Origin: Okamejei kenojei | Lineage: Eukaryota | Assembly: GCA_035221665.1 (NCBI GenBank) | Contig: CM069140.1 | Span: 5,022,001-5,086,000 of the forward strand | Reading direction: 5' to 3' | Length of the DNA stretch: 64,000 nucleotides | Shown here: piece after piece, positions 1 to 13,118 of the stretch | Position numbering within the stretch: the stretch's first letter is position 1 | Layout of the letters: every line of letters starts with the position of its first letter | Translations under genes and position numbers: made by a program | The notes under the pieces: generated by a model | Told to the model about the DNA's origin: nothing | Databases searched by the model: none | Seen by the model: only the letters and a program-made list of their open reading frames with translations

Positions 1-53
1 CAGCCTAGTCGCCTGTACTAGCCTAAAAAATCGTCCAAGTGGGACAGGCCCCT
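1..53. mobile_element. Right end of a PIF/Harbinger-type MITE
   Basis: Ends AAGTGGGACAGGCCCC-TAA, the reverse complement of the GGCCTGTCCCACT TIR shared by other MITEs in the window. Confidence 0.6.
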
Positions 54-134
54 AACTACAGTGCAAATTGGTGCCAAGCAACACAATTAATGGAAAATCT
101 TTGTGCTATTCTTAAGCAAATTGGGCCCTGTATC

Positions 135-810
135 AAAGGAGCAGATGTGCTGGAGAGGGCCAGAGGAGGATGATTGGGTTAATGTATGAGGAGTTTATGA
201 TTGCTCTGGGCCTATACTCAATGGAGCTTTGAAGGATGAGGGATCTAATTGAAATCTACCGAATAATGAAATGCCCAGATAGTGGATGTAGAGGATGTTG
301 TCATAGGAGAGTCTAGGAACAGAGGGCACAGCCTCAGAATAAAAGGACGTACCTTTGCAATGGAGATGAGGATTTTTTTTTAGCCAGAGGGTGTTGAATC
401 TGTGGAATTCATCGCATGTGGAAGCCAAGTCATTGAGTATTTTTAAAGTGGAGAGCGACAGGTTCTTGATCAGTAAGCACATGAAAGGTAGAGGCAGGAA
501 ACATGTTCCCGGTGTTGGGGGAGTCCAGAACCAGGGGCCACAGTTTAAGAATAATGGGTAGGCCATTTAGAACAGAGATGAGCAAAAACTAATTTCATCC
601 AGAGAGTTGTGAGTCTGTGGAACTCTTTGCCTCAGAAGGCTGGAGGCCAATTCTGTGAATGCTTTCAAGAGAGAGTTAGATAGAGCTCTTAAAGATGGTG
701 GAGTCAAGGGATATGGGGAGAAGGCAGGAACGGGGTACTGATTGTGAATGATCAGCCATGATCATATTGAATGAGGGGCGAATGGCCTACTTCTGCACCT
801 ATTGTCTATT
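135..810 (+). mobile_element. Degraded CR1 (HER1-like) LINE 3' fragments, two stacked copies
   Basis: Decayed ORF2 C-terminus (GLYS.E...RGDLIE, GESRTRGH) and CR1 3' UTR (GATCAGCCATGATCATATTGAATG...CCTACTTCTGCACCTATT). Confidence 0.75.
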
Positions 811-964
811 GTGTATTGTAAGGGGAAAAGGCAGGAGAATGGGCTTCAGAGGGAAAATAGATCAACCATGATCGAATGGTGGAGAGGACTCAGTGGGCTG
901 AATGGTCTAATTCTGCTCCTATGTCTTGTTGGAAGCAGTGCTAGCTGGGTATGGTCACAAATTA

Positions 965-1235
965 CTGGAGTAACTCGTCGCCACAGGCAGCATCTCTGGA
1001 GAGAAGCAATGGGAGACGTTTCGGGTCAAGACCATTCTTCAGACTGAGAGTCAGGGGAAAGGGAAACAAGAGATTTCGAGAGACATAGAACAAATTAATG
1101 AAAGATATGCAAAGAAGTAACGATGATAAAGGAAACAGGTCATCATCAGCTGTTTGCTGTCTGTCCCGCTGAGTTACTCCAGCATTTTGTGAGTCTCTTC
1201 AGTTTAGACCAGCATCTGTAGTTCCTTCCTACACA
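965..1235. mobile_element. Penelope-like short element, inverted pair, with minimal hammerhead motif
   Basis: Arms GGAGTAACTC...GCAGCATCTCTGGAGAGAAG and their reverse complement; minus strand 1012-1045 reads CTGAAGAATGGTCTTGACCCGAAACGTC. Confidence 0.55.
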
Positions 1236-1494
1236 AGCTGGGGATGGTGTTGGCAGATGTATCTGTTACAACCAAAATCCGTTATAAAGAGGTCCGTTAC
1301 AATGAGGCTTTACCCTGCATGAATGTAATTCACAGCATTGTAGCACACCAGTTCCAGAGACAAAGTCCAATGTCTGCAATTGGGTAGAGGTGAATTAGAT
1401 TATAGCTCTTGCCAGAGAGAAAATGCAATGAAAGGTCACCAACATGAAGAGCCACCTTGTTTCTCCATTCACAGATGCTGCTGGAGGCCTGTTA

Positions 1495-1731
1495 AGGACC
1501 TGTCCCACTTCCACGACCTAATTCACGACCTCTGCTGAGTTTGCCCTTGACTCATACTCGCAGCATGGTCGTCACGAGGTCGTAGGAGGTCGTAGGTAGG
1601 TCGTAGCAGGCCATGATGCTAGTCGTAGATACTTGTGGCATCAAGTAGGTTGGGGCGTTTTTCTAGCCTGATGAAAAATGTCCACGAGTAAAAAAGGTTG
1701 TTAATTAGGTCATGAAAGTGGGACAGGCCTG
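1495..1731. mobile_element. PIF/Harbinger MITE
   Basis: TIRs (AGGACCTGTCCCACTT...AAGTGGGACAGGCCTG) with extended subterminal inverted repeat; TTA on both sides. Confidence 0.8.
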
Positions 1732-2504
1732 TTAGTTTAGTTTAGTTTTAGTGTAGAGATACAGCGCAGAAACAGGCTCTTCAGCCCACCAAGTCCGCAC
1801 TGACCAGCGATCCCCACACATTAACACTATCCCTCCACTACATGTATCACACACATTTATACCAAGCCAATTTACCTACAAACCTGCACGTCTCTCCCGC
1901 TTCACTACGGCGCCACCCTCTGGCGTTGTTTTGTAAACCAGCATCTGCAGTTCCTCGAGTCTTAAGCACTGATTGAAAGGTACAGCATGGAAACAGGCCC
2001 CTCAGCCCGCCATAGAACTTCTGTGTTATGCTGCTTCCTACACATTAGAGGAGGTAGGGGCAATTAGCAGAGGCTAATTAACCTAGAAAGCCACACATCT
2101 TTGGGATGAGGGAGGAAACCCATACAAGAACGTGCAAACTCCACACAGTCAGCAGGGAGGTCAGAATCAATCCCGGGTGTCACCTTCTTAGGACACATAG
2201 GTAGCAGCAACTTCTTGGAGGATAGAACAAGGTCCCAAGATGGATTTCCAAGATAAATCACTGGATTGAAATCTATGAAAATAAGCATCCCATGCGATTT
2301 GAAAGGAAACAAATGCTTACAGGATACAATGAAGTACTTGAAATTAAACCATTAGTCCCAGCACTGATGTCAAACATTAATGTGGCTGCATAAACAGATC
2401 ACACTAAATTGCCCGCAGCTGAGTTAAAGGTTAATGTGTAGGAAGGAACTGCAGATGCTGGTTTACACAAAATGCTGGAGTAACTCAGTGGGACAGGCAA
2501 CAAC

Positions 2505-2815
2505 TTTAGATTTAGTTTTTAGTTTTAGAGATACAGCACGGAAACAGGCCCTTCGGCCCACCGGATCTGCATCGACCAGCAATCCCCGCACATTAACACT
2601 ATCCTACACCCATTAGGGACATTTTATACATTTACCAAGCCAATTAACTTGCAAACCTGTATGTCTTTGCAGTGTGGGAGGACACTGAAGATCTCAGAGA
2701 AAACCCACGTAGGTCACGGGGAGAACGTACAAATTCCGTACAGACAGCACCCGTAGCCGGGATCGAACCCGGGTCTCTGGCGCTGCATTCGTTGTAAGCC
2801 TCAACGCTACCGTTG
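2505..2815 (-). mobile_element. tRNA-derived SINE (HE1/V-SINE-like)
   Basis: Box B-like GGGTTCGATCCC on the minus strand, conserved core, CR1-derived tail GGCCGAAGGGCCTGTTTCC and (TAAAC)n tail. Confidence 0.8.
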
Positions 2816-3011
2816 CCTTCTCTGGAGAGAAGGAAAGCGTGTTGTCTCGGGTCGGGACTCTTGAAGATTAATGTCCTTTCTCAAAATAGTCAGCTAACAA
2901 TCTCGTGAAACATGGCCTGGAAACGCCAAATTTCAATATTTCTATATAGAGAGGCAAAGTTAAAAACTGGCAAAACATCAAATCAAATATTCCCGTTCAC
3001 AGGAAGAACAA

Positions 3012-3285
3012 GGGCGGTACGGTGGCGCAGCGGTAGATTTGTTGCCATACAGCACCAGAGACCCAGGAGCCATTCTGGCTGTACAGAGTTTGTACATTCT
3101 CCCCGTGACCGTGCGGGTTTTCTCCGGGTGCTCTGGTTTCCCCCCACACTCCAAAGATGTACAGGTTTGTAGGTTAATTGGCTTCTGTGAATTGTCCCCT
3201 GTGCGTCGGATGGAACTCGTGTATGGGCGGTTCAGCATGGGCTGAAGTGCCTGTTTCTAGGCTGCATCTCGAAACAAAAGTAAAA
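3012..3285 (+). mobile_element. HE1-like SINE
   Basis: GGTGGCGCAGCGGTAGA box A head, core and tail. Confidence 0.75.
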
Positions 3286-3460
3286 ATGCAATGCAACTTG
3301 AAAGTGGTTGCTCTCAAAAAAGGCAGGCAGATGTGGAGTAGGGGGGAATTTGAGCTTATTCATCGACAAACACTTTAGATGCAGGTTACCCCTTTGAACC
3401 CTATGTTGTGCAGTCAATATTCATACAAGGTACCCACCAGGTCATTACCCTGTCCCTTAG

Positions 3461-3757
3461 TGGTGCAGCGGTAGAGTTACTGCCTTACAGCGCCAGAGCC
3501 CCGGGTTCTATCCCGACTACAGGTGCTGTCTGTATGGAGTTTGCATGTTCTCCCTCTGACTACGTGGGTTTTCTCCAAGATCTTCTCTTTCCTCCCACGC
3601 TCTAAAGACATACAGGTTCGTAAGTGAATTGGCTTGGTGTGAATGTAAATTGTCCCCAGTGTGTGTAGGGTAGTGTTAGCGTGCAGGGATCACTAGTCGG
3701 TGCGGACTCGGTGGGCCGAAAGGCCTGTTTCCACGCTGTATCTCTAAACTAAACAAA
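3461..3757 (+). mobile_element. HE1-like SINE
   Basis: Box A/B head, core, GGGCCGAAAGGCCTGTTTCC tail. Confidence 0.8.
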
Positions 3758-4274
3758 GTTCAAAACCCCACCTCCAACCGTCTGATGAACAGTCTTGAAC
3801 CAAAACATCACCCGTTCCTTCTCTCCAGAGATGCTGCCTGACCCGCTGAGTTACTCCAGCATTATGTGTCTATCTTCAACAATTCAAACTTGGATAGATA
3901 TTTACTAAACAAGTTAGCGCGCTTCCCTAAGCCCTGCAAGTTAGAGGTATCACCTGCTATAGAATGTAGAACAATATATCATAGAAATAGACCCTTCCTT
4001 CCACAATGTCCATGCCAAATATAATGCCGAACTCTCTTATTTGCCTGAACACGATCCATATCCAATCCCTGCATCAGTATCTGAAAGCCTCTTAAACGCC
4101 ACTATCGTACATGCCTCCCCCACCACCCTTGCCAGCGCATTCGAAGCACCCACCACTCCAAAACAAACATTGGCCCTCATATCTCCTTTAAACTTGACCC
4201 CTCTCACCTTAAATTTTGTCTACCCTGACATTTCCACCCTGGGGAAAAAGGACTATTCAGCAACGATTCAGGTT

Positions 4275-4555
4275 GTTTAGACTTTAGAGATACAGCATAG
4301 AAACAGGCCCTTCTCCCACCGGGTCTGTGCCGGCCAGCAATCCCCGCACGCTAGCACTATCCAATACGCAAGTGACAATTTAACCGAAGCCAAATAACCT
4401 ACAAACATGTACATCTTTGGAGTGTGGGAAGAAACAAGGGCACGCGGAGAAACCCACGCTGTCACGGGGAGAACGTACAAACTCCTTAGTCAGGATCGAA
4501 CCCGGGTCTCTGGTCTCTGTAAGGCAGCAACTGTACCGCTGCACCACCATGTGAC
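4275..4555 (-). mobile_element. HE1-like SINE
   Basis: Same family on the minus strand. Confidence 0.75.
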
Positions 4556-4579
4556 CTGCAGAAACTGAACGGAAAATAA

Positions 4580-4842
4580 AGTGCAGGAAGAAACTGCAGG
4601 TGCTGGTTTAAACCGAAGATAGACACAAAATGCTGGAGTAACTCAGCAGGGCAGACAGCATCTCTGGTGAGAAAGAATGGGTGACTTTTCAGGGCAAGAC
4701 CCTTCTTCGGACTTAAATAAAGTGCTGAATTAACTGTTTCCCAGCCCAAAACGTCACCCATCTACTGTATGTACTCCAGAGATGCTGCCTAACCCTCTGT
4801 GTTACTCCAGCATGACAGATTCCACCATCTGCAGTTCCTCGT
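4580..4842. mobile_element. Penelope-like short element, inverted pair
   Basis: GGAAGAAACTGCAGGTGCTGG... arm and reverse arm ending CATCTGCAGTTCCT; degenerate hammerhead cores. Confidence 0.55.
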
Positions 4843-4891
4843 ATATGAATGGAAAATAACATGAGCTGTAAACTTTTCCAAATTAATACTT

Positions 4892-4939
4892 GGGGGGGGG
4901 GGGTGGGGGGGGGGGGGTGGGGGGGGGGGGGGGGGGGGG
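4892..4939 (+). repeat. Poly-G tract (~48 nt, two T interruptions)
   Basis: Read directly from the sequence. Confidence 0.9.
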
Positions 4940-5402
4940 AAACCTGACAAGTTGATAGCAGGAAAAATAAAATGTCACAGATGGAGTTAATGATCTGAGC
5001 TAATGCCTCCCTTCCATTGGTCTTGTGGGACTGATTTGCCTTGAATGATTAATCAGCTAATCCTATCAGGCAAAACACTTTCTGCACACGGCACACAAGA
5101 GTTTACCCATGTAACAAACATCTGAAGGGCAGCTTTCTGCAAATAACTCTGACAGCAATGTTGATGAAATAACAAAAGTAACATCCGTTTACTGCTAGTC
5201 TGCAGATCATAATTGTTGCAGAGATTGTGGTGCTTTCAAGGCAGCTTTGAGTCAGAGTCATACAGTGTGGAAACAGGCCCTTCGGCCCAACTAGTTCACA
5301 CCAACCACACTAGCTCCATCTGCCTGCGTTTGGTCCATATCTCTCCAAACCTATCCTATCCATGTACCTGTCCAAATGTTTTTAATGCTTTGATAGTAGT
5401 AT

Positions 5403-5675
5403 AGTTTAGTGTAGAGATACAGTGCGGAAACAGGTCCTTCAGCCCACAACACTATCCTACACACACACTAGGGCCAATTTACATTCATACCAAGCCAATT
5501 AACCTACAAATCTGTCGCCTTTGGAATGTGGGAGGAAACCAAAGATCTAGGATAAAACCCACGCAGGTCACGGGGAGTAGGTACAAACTCCACACAGACA
5601 GCACCCGTCGTCGGGATTGAACCCGGGTCTACTGGTGCTGTGAGGCAGCAACTCTACCGCTGCGCCACCGTGCTG
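5403..5675 (-). mobile_element. HE1-like SINE
   Basis: Same family. Confidence 0.75.
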
Positions 5676-5679
5676 CCTC

Positions 5680-6078
5680 AATTACCTCCTCTAGCTGCTC
5701 CTTCCATACACCCACCACCCTTTGTGTAAAAAAAAATTGCCCCCAGTTCCCATTAAATCTTATCCCCCTCTCAGCTTAAACCTGTCCTCGGGTTCTTGAA
5801 TCCCCTACTCCAAGTAAAAGACTGCGCATTTACTCGATCTATTCCTCTCGTGATCTTAGACACTTCTACAAGATCACCCCTCATCCTCCTGTGCTGCAAG
5901 GAATAGAGCCCTGGACTGCTCAACCTCCCCCTGTAGCTCAGGCCCTCGAGTCCTGGCAATGTCCTTGTAAATCTTCTCTGCACCCTTTCCAGTTTAACAA
6001 CATATTTTCGATAACAGAGTGGCCAAAACTGAATACAATATTCTGAATGTGGCCTCACTAAAAGTCTTGCATAACTTT
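5680..6078 (-). mobile_element. CR1 LINE 3' fragment
   Basis: ORF 5771-6058 RPH.EYC.QFW.P...LERVQRRFTR...GLYSL..RRMRGDL. Confidence 0.85.
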
Positions 6079-6099
6079 GGTGGATAGTTCAATGCATCT

Positions 6100-6383
6100 T
6101 CACAGTGGCGCAGCGGTAGCGTAGTTGCCTTACAACGAATGCAGCGCCAGAGACCCGGGTTCGATCCCGACTACAGGTGCAGTCTGTATGGAGTGTGTAC
6201 GTTCTCCCCATGAGCTGCGTGAATTTTCTCCGGGATCTTCAGTTTCCTCCCACACTCCAAAGACGAGCAGGTGTAAATGTAAATTGTCCCTAGTGTGTGT
6301 TAGTGTGCGGGGATCGCTCGTCGGTGTGGGCCGAAGGGCCTGGTTCCTAAGGGCCCGTTATCCCCAAACCAAACTAAACTAAA
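6100..6383 (+). mobile_element. HE1-like SINE
   Basis: GTGGCGCAGCGGTAG...GGGTTCGATCCCG head, AAACTAAAC tail. Confidence 0.8.
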
Positions 6384-8571
6384 AGGAATTGCAGATGCTG
6401 ATTTCTTAAAAGATAAAAAGCTGGAGTAAAATGCAGTTGGTCAGGCAGTTTCACAGGGGAACATGGATAGGTGACCTTTCTGGTCACGATCCTTCCTCAG
6501 ATTTGATGTCTGAATAAAGGTGCTTTTCCAATTTCCCAATGTCTGAAGAATGATTCCAACCCAAAACATTGCCGATCCATATTCTCCCGAGATGCTGCCT
6601 GACCTGCTGAGCTACTCCAGCAGGCGTTAAGTGATAGGTGGATACAATCAAGGGAGGGGGTTGGTACTAGCAGATGGTTGGACAATGACCAGAGGTGAAG
6701 ACATAAAAGTGTGAGTCGAGGATAGAAGAGGTGTTAAATGTGAAGGAACGAACTGCAGATGCAGGTTTATACTTAGATATAAAACGGTGCAGTAACTCAG
6801 TGGGTCAGGCAGCTTCTCTGGAGAAAAGGAACAGGTGACGTCTGCATGTTTGATAGGTGAAGCCAGAGGAAGGAATAGAGGTGGAAGGGATGTTATTGTT
6901 TGAATTTCACTGTACTTGGGAGCATGGTGCTTTGTGAGTGTAATCCCTCTGACAGATCCTGCCTTTGGGCAGAGTATGCGAGAGGGGGAGGGGGGGAGGA
7001 AGGAAGAGAAGAATCATTCAACCTGTCAGAAACAAAAACAGGATTCTACTCCTCAACTCCCGATAAGTGGTGTAGGAAGGAACGGCGGATGCTGGTTTAA
7101 CCCAAAGATAGACACAAAATGCTGGAGTAACTCAGGCAGCATCTCTGGAGAGAAGGAATGGGTGGTGTTTGGGTCAGAAGAGGGGTCTCGCTATGAAATG
7201 TCACCCATTCCTTCCCTCCAGAGATGCTGCCTGTCCCGCAGGGTTACTCCCGATTAGTGGTTACCGGTTAACGCACAAAGGGTGCGGAGAGAGTAAGCTG
7301 AGAGTCTCTGGGGAATGGCTGTCACACCGGTATAAAGAGCGCTTGTTTGATGGAAAGGTGGCAGCAATGCAGGACTGAGTGGGCAGCAATACTTACCCAG
7401 TCAAAGACAAGAAGCAGAGCGCAGTGACTAAAGCCATGAAGCACCTGCCACTGACTCGACTCTTTGTGCCAAATGAGTGCAGTGATAACATGAATCAGCC
7501 TTCAGAAAGGTGAGTGTCCCCTTTCCCACCCTGCCCCCTCTAATTAATTAATTGATGTAGAAAACATTATAGACAATAGACAATAGATGCAGGAGTAGGC
7601 CATTCGGCCCTTCGAGCCAGCACCACCATTCAATGTGATCATGGCTGATCATCCCCAATCAGTATCCCGTTCCTGCCTTCTCCCCATATCCCCTTCTCCC
7701 CATATCCCCAATCTTTAAGAGCTCTATCTATCTCTCTCTTGAAAGCATCCAGAGAACCGGCCTCCACCGCCCTCTGAGGCAGAGAATTCCACAGACTCAC
7801 CACTTACCATTCCACAGACTCACCATGAGAAGACTCACTCATTCTATATTCTCCCCCTCAGTGAATGCTAATGTTTACAACTGACACACACAATCCTAAC
7901 CCATTCCTTCTCTCCAGAGATGCCGCGTGTCCCGCTGAATTACTCCAGCAGTTTGTGTCTATCTCCTAACCTGTAGATCTGAATCACTGGTGCCCTCTGC
8001 TGGCCACACAATGTATTTCCAAAGAGAGGCACAAAGTGCTGGGTAGATTAAAAATGCTGGAGAAACGCATCTAAGGGGCGAAGGAAAAGGTGACGTTTCG
8101 GGTCGAGACCCTTCCTCGGACTGATGTGGGGGTGGTGGGGGTGGTGGGGTGGAGAGAAGAAAGGAAGAGGCGGAGACAGTGGGCTGTGGGAGAGCTGGGA
8201 AGGGGAGGGGAAGGAGGGAGAAAGCAAGGACTACCTGAAATTGGAAGTCAAAGTTCATACCACTGGGGTTTACACCATCACACAAGCCAACCTCCCTTCC
8301 ACTGACTCCATCGACACTCCACACATGAACCAGACTCCAGCGAGCTCGGAGTACAATACATCTGATTCAGTGATACTTCAGTAGCACCTATACCTGGATA
8401 CAGCATATAATACATTAGTACACAAAGAGTACCTACCTTGCTGGAGCCAACAATGTTACAAAACACTCATTAGAGTTGGGTTGGCCCCTTCCCCACCCCA
8501 GGTCCCTCTTAGTTCTCGGCAGCGTGACCCGGGCCCCCCCCCCCCCCCCCCCCTCCACTGCCCGTTATAAG

Positions 8572-8950
8572 GTCATAAGTGATAGGAGCAGAATTAGGGC
8601 ATTCGGCCCATCAAGTCTACTCCCCCATACAATCTTGGTCTCCCTCCTAACCCCATTCTCCTGCCTTCTCCTCATAACCCTTGACACTAATCAAGAATCT
8701 ATCTATCTCTGCCCAAAAATTATCCACTAACTTGGCCTCCACAGCCTTCTGTGGCAATGAATTCCACAGATTCATCACCCTCTGACTAAAGAAATTCCTC
8801 ATCTCCTTCCTAAAGGAACGTCCTTTAAATCTGACGTGATGACCTCCAGTCTTAGACTCTCCCACTGGTGGAAACATCCTCTCCACATCCACTCTATCCA
8901 AGACTTTCACCATTCTGTAGGTTTCAATGAGGTCCCCCCTCATTCTTCTC
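8572..8950 (-). mobile_element. CR1 LINE 3' fragment
   Basis: ORF 8647-8943 RGDLIETY...FFSQRVMNLWNSLPQKAVEA plus 3' UTR. Confidence 0.85.
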
Positions 8951-9384
8951 TCCTTGGATCAACATCCTCCCCTCTCCAAGGCCTGCCCTCCTTCCCTCAG
9001 CCCGACCTCGTCTCCTCTTCAGGGGCAGTCCTCGGAACGGACCTCATCCCCCCTCCACAGCTCGATCTCCTCGGCCCGACCCCCTCTCCTTTCCACGACC
9101 TGTCCTTGGCCCCCCCACTGGGTCCGCTCTCACCCTCCCCCTACTGCGCCACCGCAGCGCTCCCCGGGAGCATGGCATTGTCATCATTCAGTAGCCTTGA
9201 TGGTTGAACGAACCAAAATACCAATTGCTAACAGCACGTAAGATTGAAAATGATTACGTTTCGGTAAGATTGTAAATTGTTCCTAGTGTGTGTAGGATAG
9301 TGTTAGTGTGCGGGGATCGCTGGTCGGAGCGGACTCGGTGGGCCGAAGGGCCTCTTTCCGCGCTTTGTCTGCGTCTCTAAACAA

Positions 9385-12300
9385 AATATTAAGATTAAAT
9401 CAGAACTTACCAGTTTGAAGTTTGATCTTTATTTTATGGGAAGTTACGATGAGGGATTACGTGAAGACCCCGCCAGCACGCATGCGCGACATTCTTCAAA
9501 GCAGCGGTGTCAAATCACAGATAACAGAGTTGACTAACATAGTAAGATAAGAGAACTAGCATACCAATTGACCTTTATATTAGAGGGTTTGGGAGCGGAG
9601 GGCATGTAATCCCTCATCGTAACTCCTCATAAAATAAAGATCAAACTTCAAACTAACTGGTAATTTCTCATTTAATTCTACTATTTTACTTCGGAGTCAC
9701 TGTGAGTGACTACCATGAAAGATTTCAAAGCTCTGTGATTTCATGACCATGGAACGAGTCCACGCTACACACCACTGCCATAATGGTCAAATGGAGGAAG
9801 TATGTAACATTATTTCAGACATGAACTGGACTGAAAAACCAAAAGGGTGTTTATTTAACAATACCAAATAATAAGACTACTCCTACATCGGGGAAATGAT
9901 AATACAGGACTAATATTTCTGTCGGCAAACGTCTCAGGCGTGGCCACGGGTTTATTATTAAAAAACCCCTGAAAGGTTTTATCATTGTCCAACCCACCGT
10001 TGCAAGGATGTGGTCCATAGGAACTTCCAGATCCTCCCGCTGCCAGATGTAGATGCAGCCGCTGGTGAGTGAGAATTTTAAAACATCAGTGTCCACCCCC
10101 ACTGCAGCCCAATACCACCCTTAAAACCATCTTGAAACCGGTTTGGCACGGTGACTATGTGATGAGAACGGTTGTGAACTTATAAGCCAGAAGCCCTTTC
10201 TGTGCCCCTGAGACACTTGGTGACCTCTATAATCGCGTAAAAGGTGGGTCAACTATGCAATAAGCGGCGGCTGTCCTACGGGTAGGCCAGGAAATCCAAC
10301 TTTCAGCCAGAAGATCCAGGCACTGTCTTGTTTTGAGTAACCCCTGTATATAAGAAAGTTACCTTGTTGTGTTGGTTATAAACCATGGCGTCCATATTTA
10401 GCTTGTGTAGGAACTGGACCCGTTGCGCTGTCACGAGTGCCATCAGCATGACCATTTTGTAAGTCAATTTGTCCAAGGAAAGGGACGTTATTGGTGCCCA
10501 CCCTCGGAGAATGGTTAGCACAATGCCAATATCCCAGTCTGGAATATCTAGGCCTGGGGGGATTTGAATTAAATATTCCCCTCATTAGTTTCGACACCAA
10601 AGGGTGAAAGGGTAAGGTGATCGTAATCTTGTCTGAGATAATTGGATAGGGCACTCCTGGCACAGTTGATGGCACTGTAGCTTAAACCTTCGTCGAAATG
10701 AAGGCTTGCCAGGAACTCCAGCACTTCCGTGATGGTGGCTGTGTCATATGTGGTGTTTTGTTTTGGTACAAAACACCTCCCATGTCTTCTTCACGTAATG
10801 AGGGTACTGTCTCCTGGTGGACTACCCGCTGCACGATGCCTTGTGATGATATTGATTGTTCTGGAGGTCCGAGAGTCCAAAATCCAGAAGTGGCCTTTTC
10901 CAAACCCTGCAAACCAATAGGTTTCATCCAGGTCATGCCATGGGTGACTCTCCCCTGTCACAGGATGTACCAATAAACCTCGGACATTTAGGTATTGGAA
11001 TGCACGTTCTGAGACCATATCCAGTACCACAAGGAACCATGGTTGAGTAGGCCAGTCGGGCACAACCAGAATACCCCGATGCGGAAGTATTGGGTTGATT
11101 TTTTTTTGCAAGACCCGACTGATGAGCAGAAGGGGGAAATGCATAGAAAAACAAATCCCCCCCCAGTGTAATGAGAAATGCATCCATCGGCTACTCTGCC
11201 CCAAGGTCTGGTTCCCATGCAACCTATGTTGGCATTTGGTGATTAAGTCTGGATGCAAAAAGGATCAATATCTGGTGTTCCATTACCGAGCTATAATATT
11301 CGGCAAATACTTTGCGGACGAACATCCATTTGTTGTTGTCATTAAACTTTTGCATGACCTGGTGTCCGCCGACTGTATTTAGCCTACCTGGAAGGTAAAT
11401 GGCTGATATCCCAAAATGCCCATTCCTTTCTCCTAGGCAACATGCCAGATTGTATTGACCAATTTGTCATAGGATATCGATTTTATTCCACCCATATGAT
11501 TGATATAAGCCACCACAGTGGCATTATCAATTTGTAAGCGTACGTGCAGATGGTGTCTGGCTGAACAGTAAGCCCGGAGTCCATGAAATGCTCCCAGCAT
11601 TTCTAGATAATTAATTCCCAGTGCCGGGAGTAGGGTTAATTCATGTGTATTCCATCTACCACCGCAACTGGAGGTGGTATTAGTTGCTCCCCAGCCTTGT
11701 GCGCTGGCATCAGTTTGTAATATAACTGAGGGATTTGGGATTTTGATGGGGTTAGAGCAATGTCGAGCATTGTCTATCGACCATTGTAATTCCAATTTCG
11801 CTTTCCCTGGTAATTGCATTGGCCTGTCAAAATGGCCCGCATGGTGCTTGAATGCTGCTATTTTTGCCCTTTGTAGGTTTTGGTAATGTAGTGGGCCAAA
11901 TTGTGTGGCTGGGACAGCAGCCACAAGTTTCCCAATCACCCTGGCTACTTGCCGAATAGACGGTTACTGATGCCAGCAAGGCTGTTGCATGCTTCTATCA
12001 AGTCTGACGCTTTATTCAGTGGCAAAGTGACAGACATATGAACAGAGTGAATTGTGAATCCCAAATAGTCCATAGTGGTAGAAGGCATCAATTTTGATTT
12101 ATCTGGATGGATGATAAACCCCAGTTTTTGAAGTAAATGCTCAGTGGCTGAGACAACCAATTTGGCCAACTCCAAGGTTTTCCCCATGATTAAAATGTCA
12201 TTGAGGTATGCCATAACAATATGTTTCTGTTTTCTGATTCACGCTAAAGCTGGTTTTAATAATTTGGTAAACAGTCTGGGTGCTGATGATAATGCATTAG

Positions 12301-13118
12301 GCAGCACTTTATACTGCCAGAGCTGCCCCATCCAGCCAAATTTCAAATATCTGCGATGATCCTTGTCTAGTGGTACTGAATAGTATGCATCCTGTAGGTC
12401 GATGCAAGCCATGAAGTATCTCTTGGAAACTAATTGTTTGGCAGTGAGAAAGGTTTTCATTTTGAAGTGGGCATACTGCACGAAAGTATTCAGTTCTGTC
12501 AAATCAATAATGATGTGGCATCCGCTGTCTTTTTTATTTTTAGTGAAAATGTTCGATACAAACTCATGAGACTCTCTTTTGGTTTTCTCAATTACCCCTT
12601 TTGAATGTAGTCTTAAGAGTTCAGTATGACCTTCTGTCTTTTCTTTCTGTGAAAGTACAAACTTTCGACTAGGTGTATGCTGAACAGGGGAAGGGAGTTT
12701 GTGAACAAATTCAATATTATATCCCTAAATACTTTGCAGTATGAAAGGATCAGAGGTTAAAGTACTCCATGCATCCCGAAACAAGTGCAACCGTCCCCCA
12801 ACCCATGAGGAGTTTAAACATGCAATGTTCCTGAGGCAACCAGACCCACCTACCTCCATGGTTACCGGCAGTGCTACGTTGGTTGCCTCTGTCCTTGTTT
12901 CTTGGGATGTGGAGGCGCTGTGGTGTGGGGGTGGCGTATCTTCCAAGAAGGCCGTGCTGGGCAATGGTCTAAAAAAGACCGTTGAGCAGGTTGGGTGGCC
13001 TTTGAGCTCTCACCAGCAGGTGGTCTATCACTGTAGCATTGTCTGCTGGTGGATGCAGAGGGGTGCTGCCGCCGCTGGTATGAGGACTTGGTGGCAGCCG
13101 GCACCTTAATCTAGTCCG
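9385..13118 (-). mobile_element. DIRS1-type tyrosine-recombinase retrotransposon, 5'-truncated and degraded
   Basis: On the minus strand: gag tail, RT (DLQDAYYSV, YLND), RNase H (TDAS..GWG, INYLEM, DNAT), MT domain (DAF...YAFPP, VVPDWPTQPWF) and YR (LVTAQRVQ, DHILATVGW). Terminal repeat 9391-9465 is inverted against an internal complementary region at ~9605-9690. Confidence 0.9.

Noticed and set aside
3012-3090. tRNA genes at SINE heads
   Set aside because: tRNA-derived box A/B heads continue into the SINE core and tail; no complete cloverleaf.
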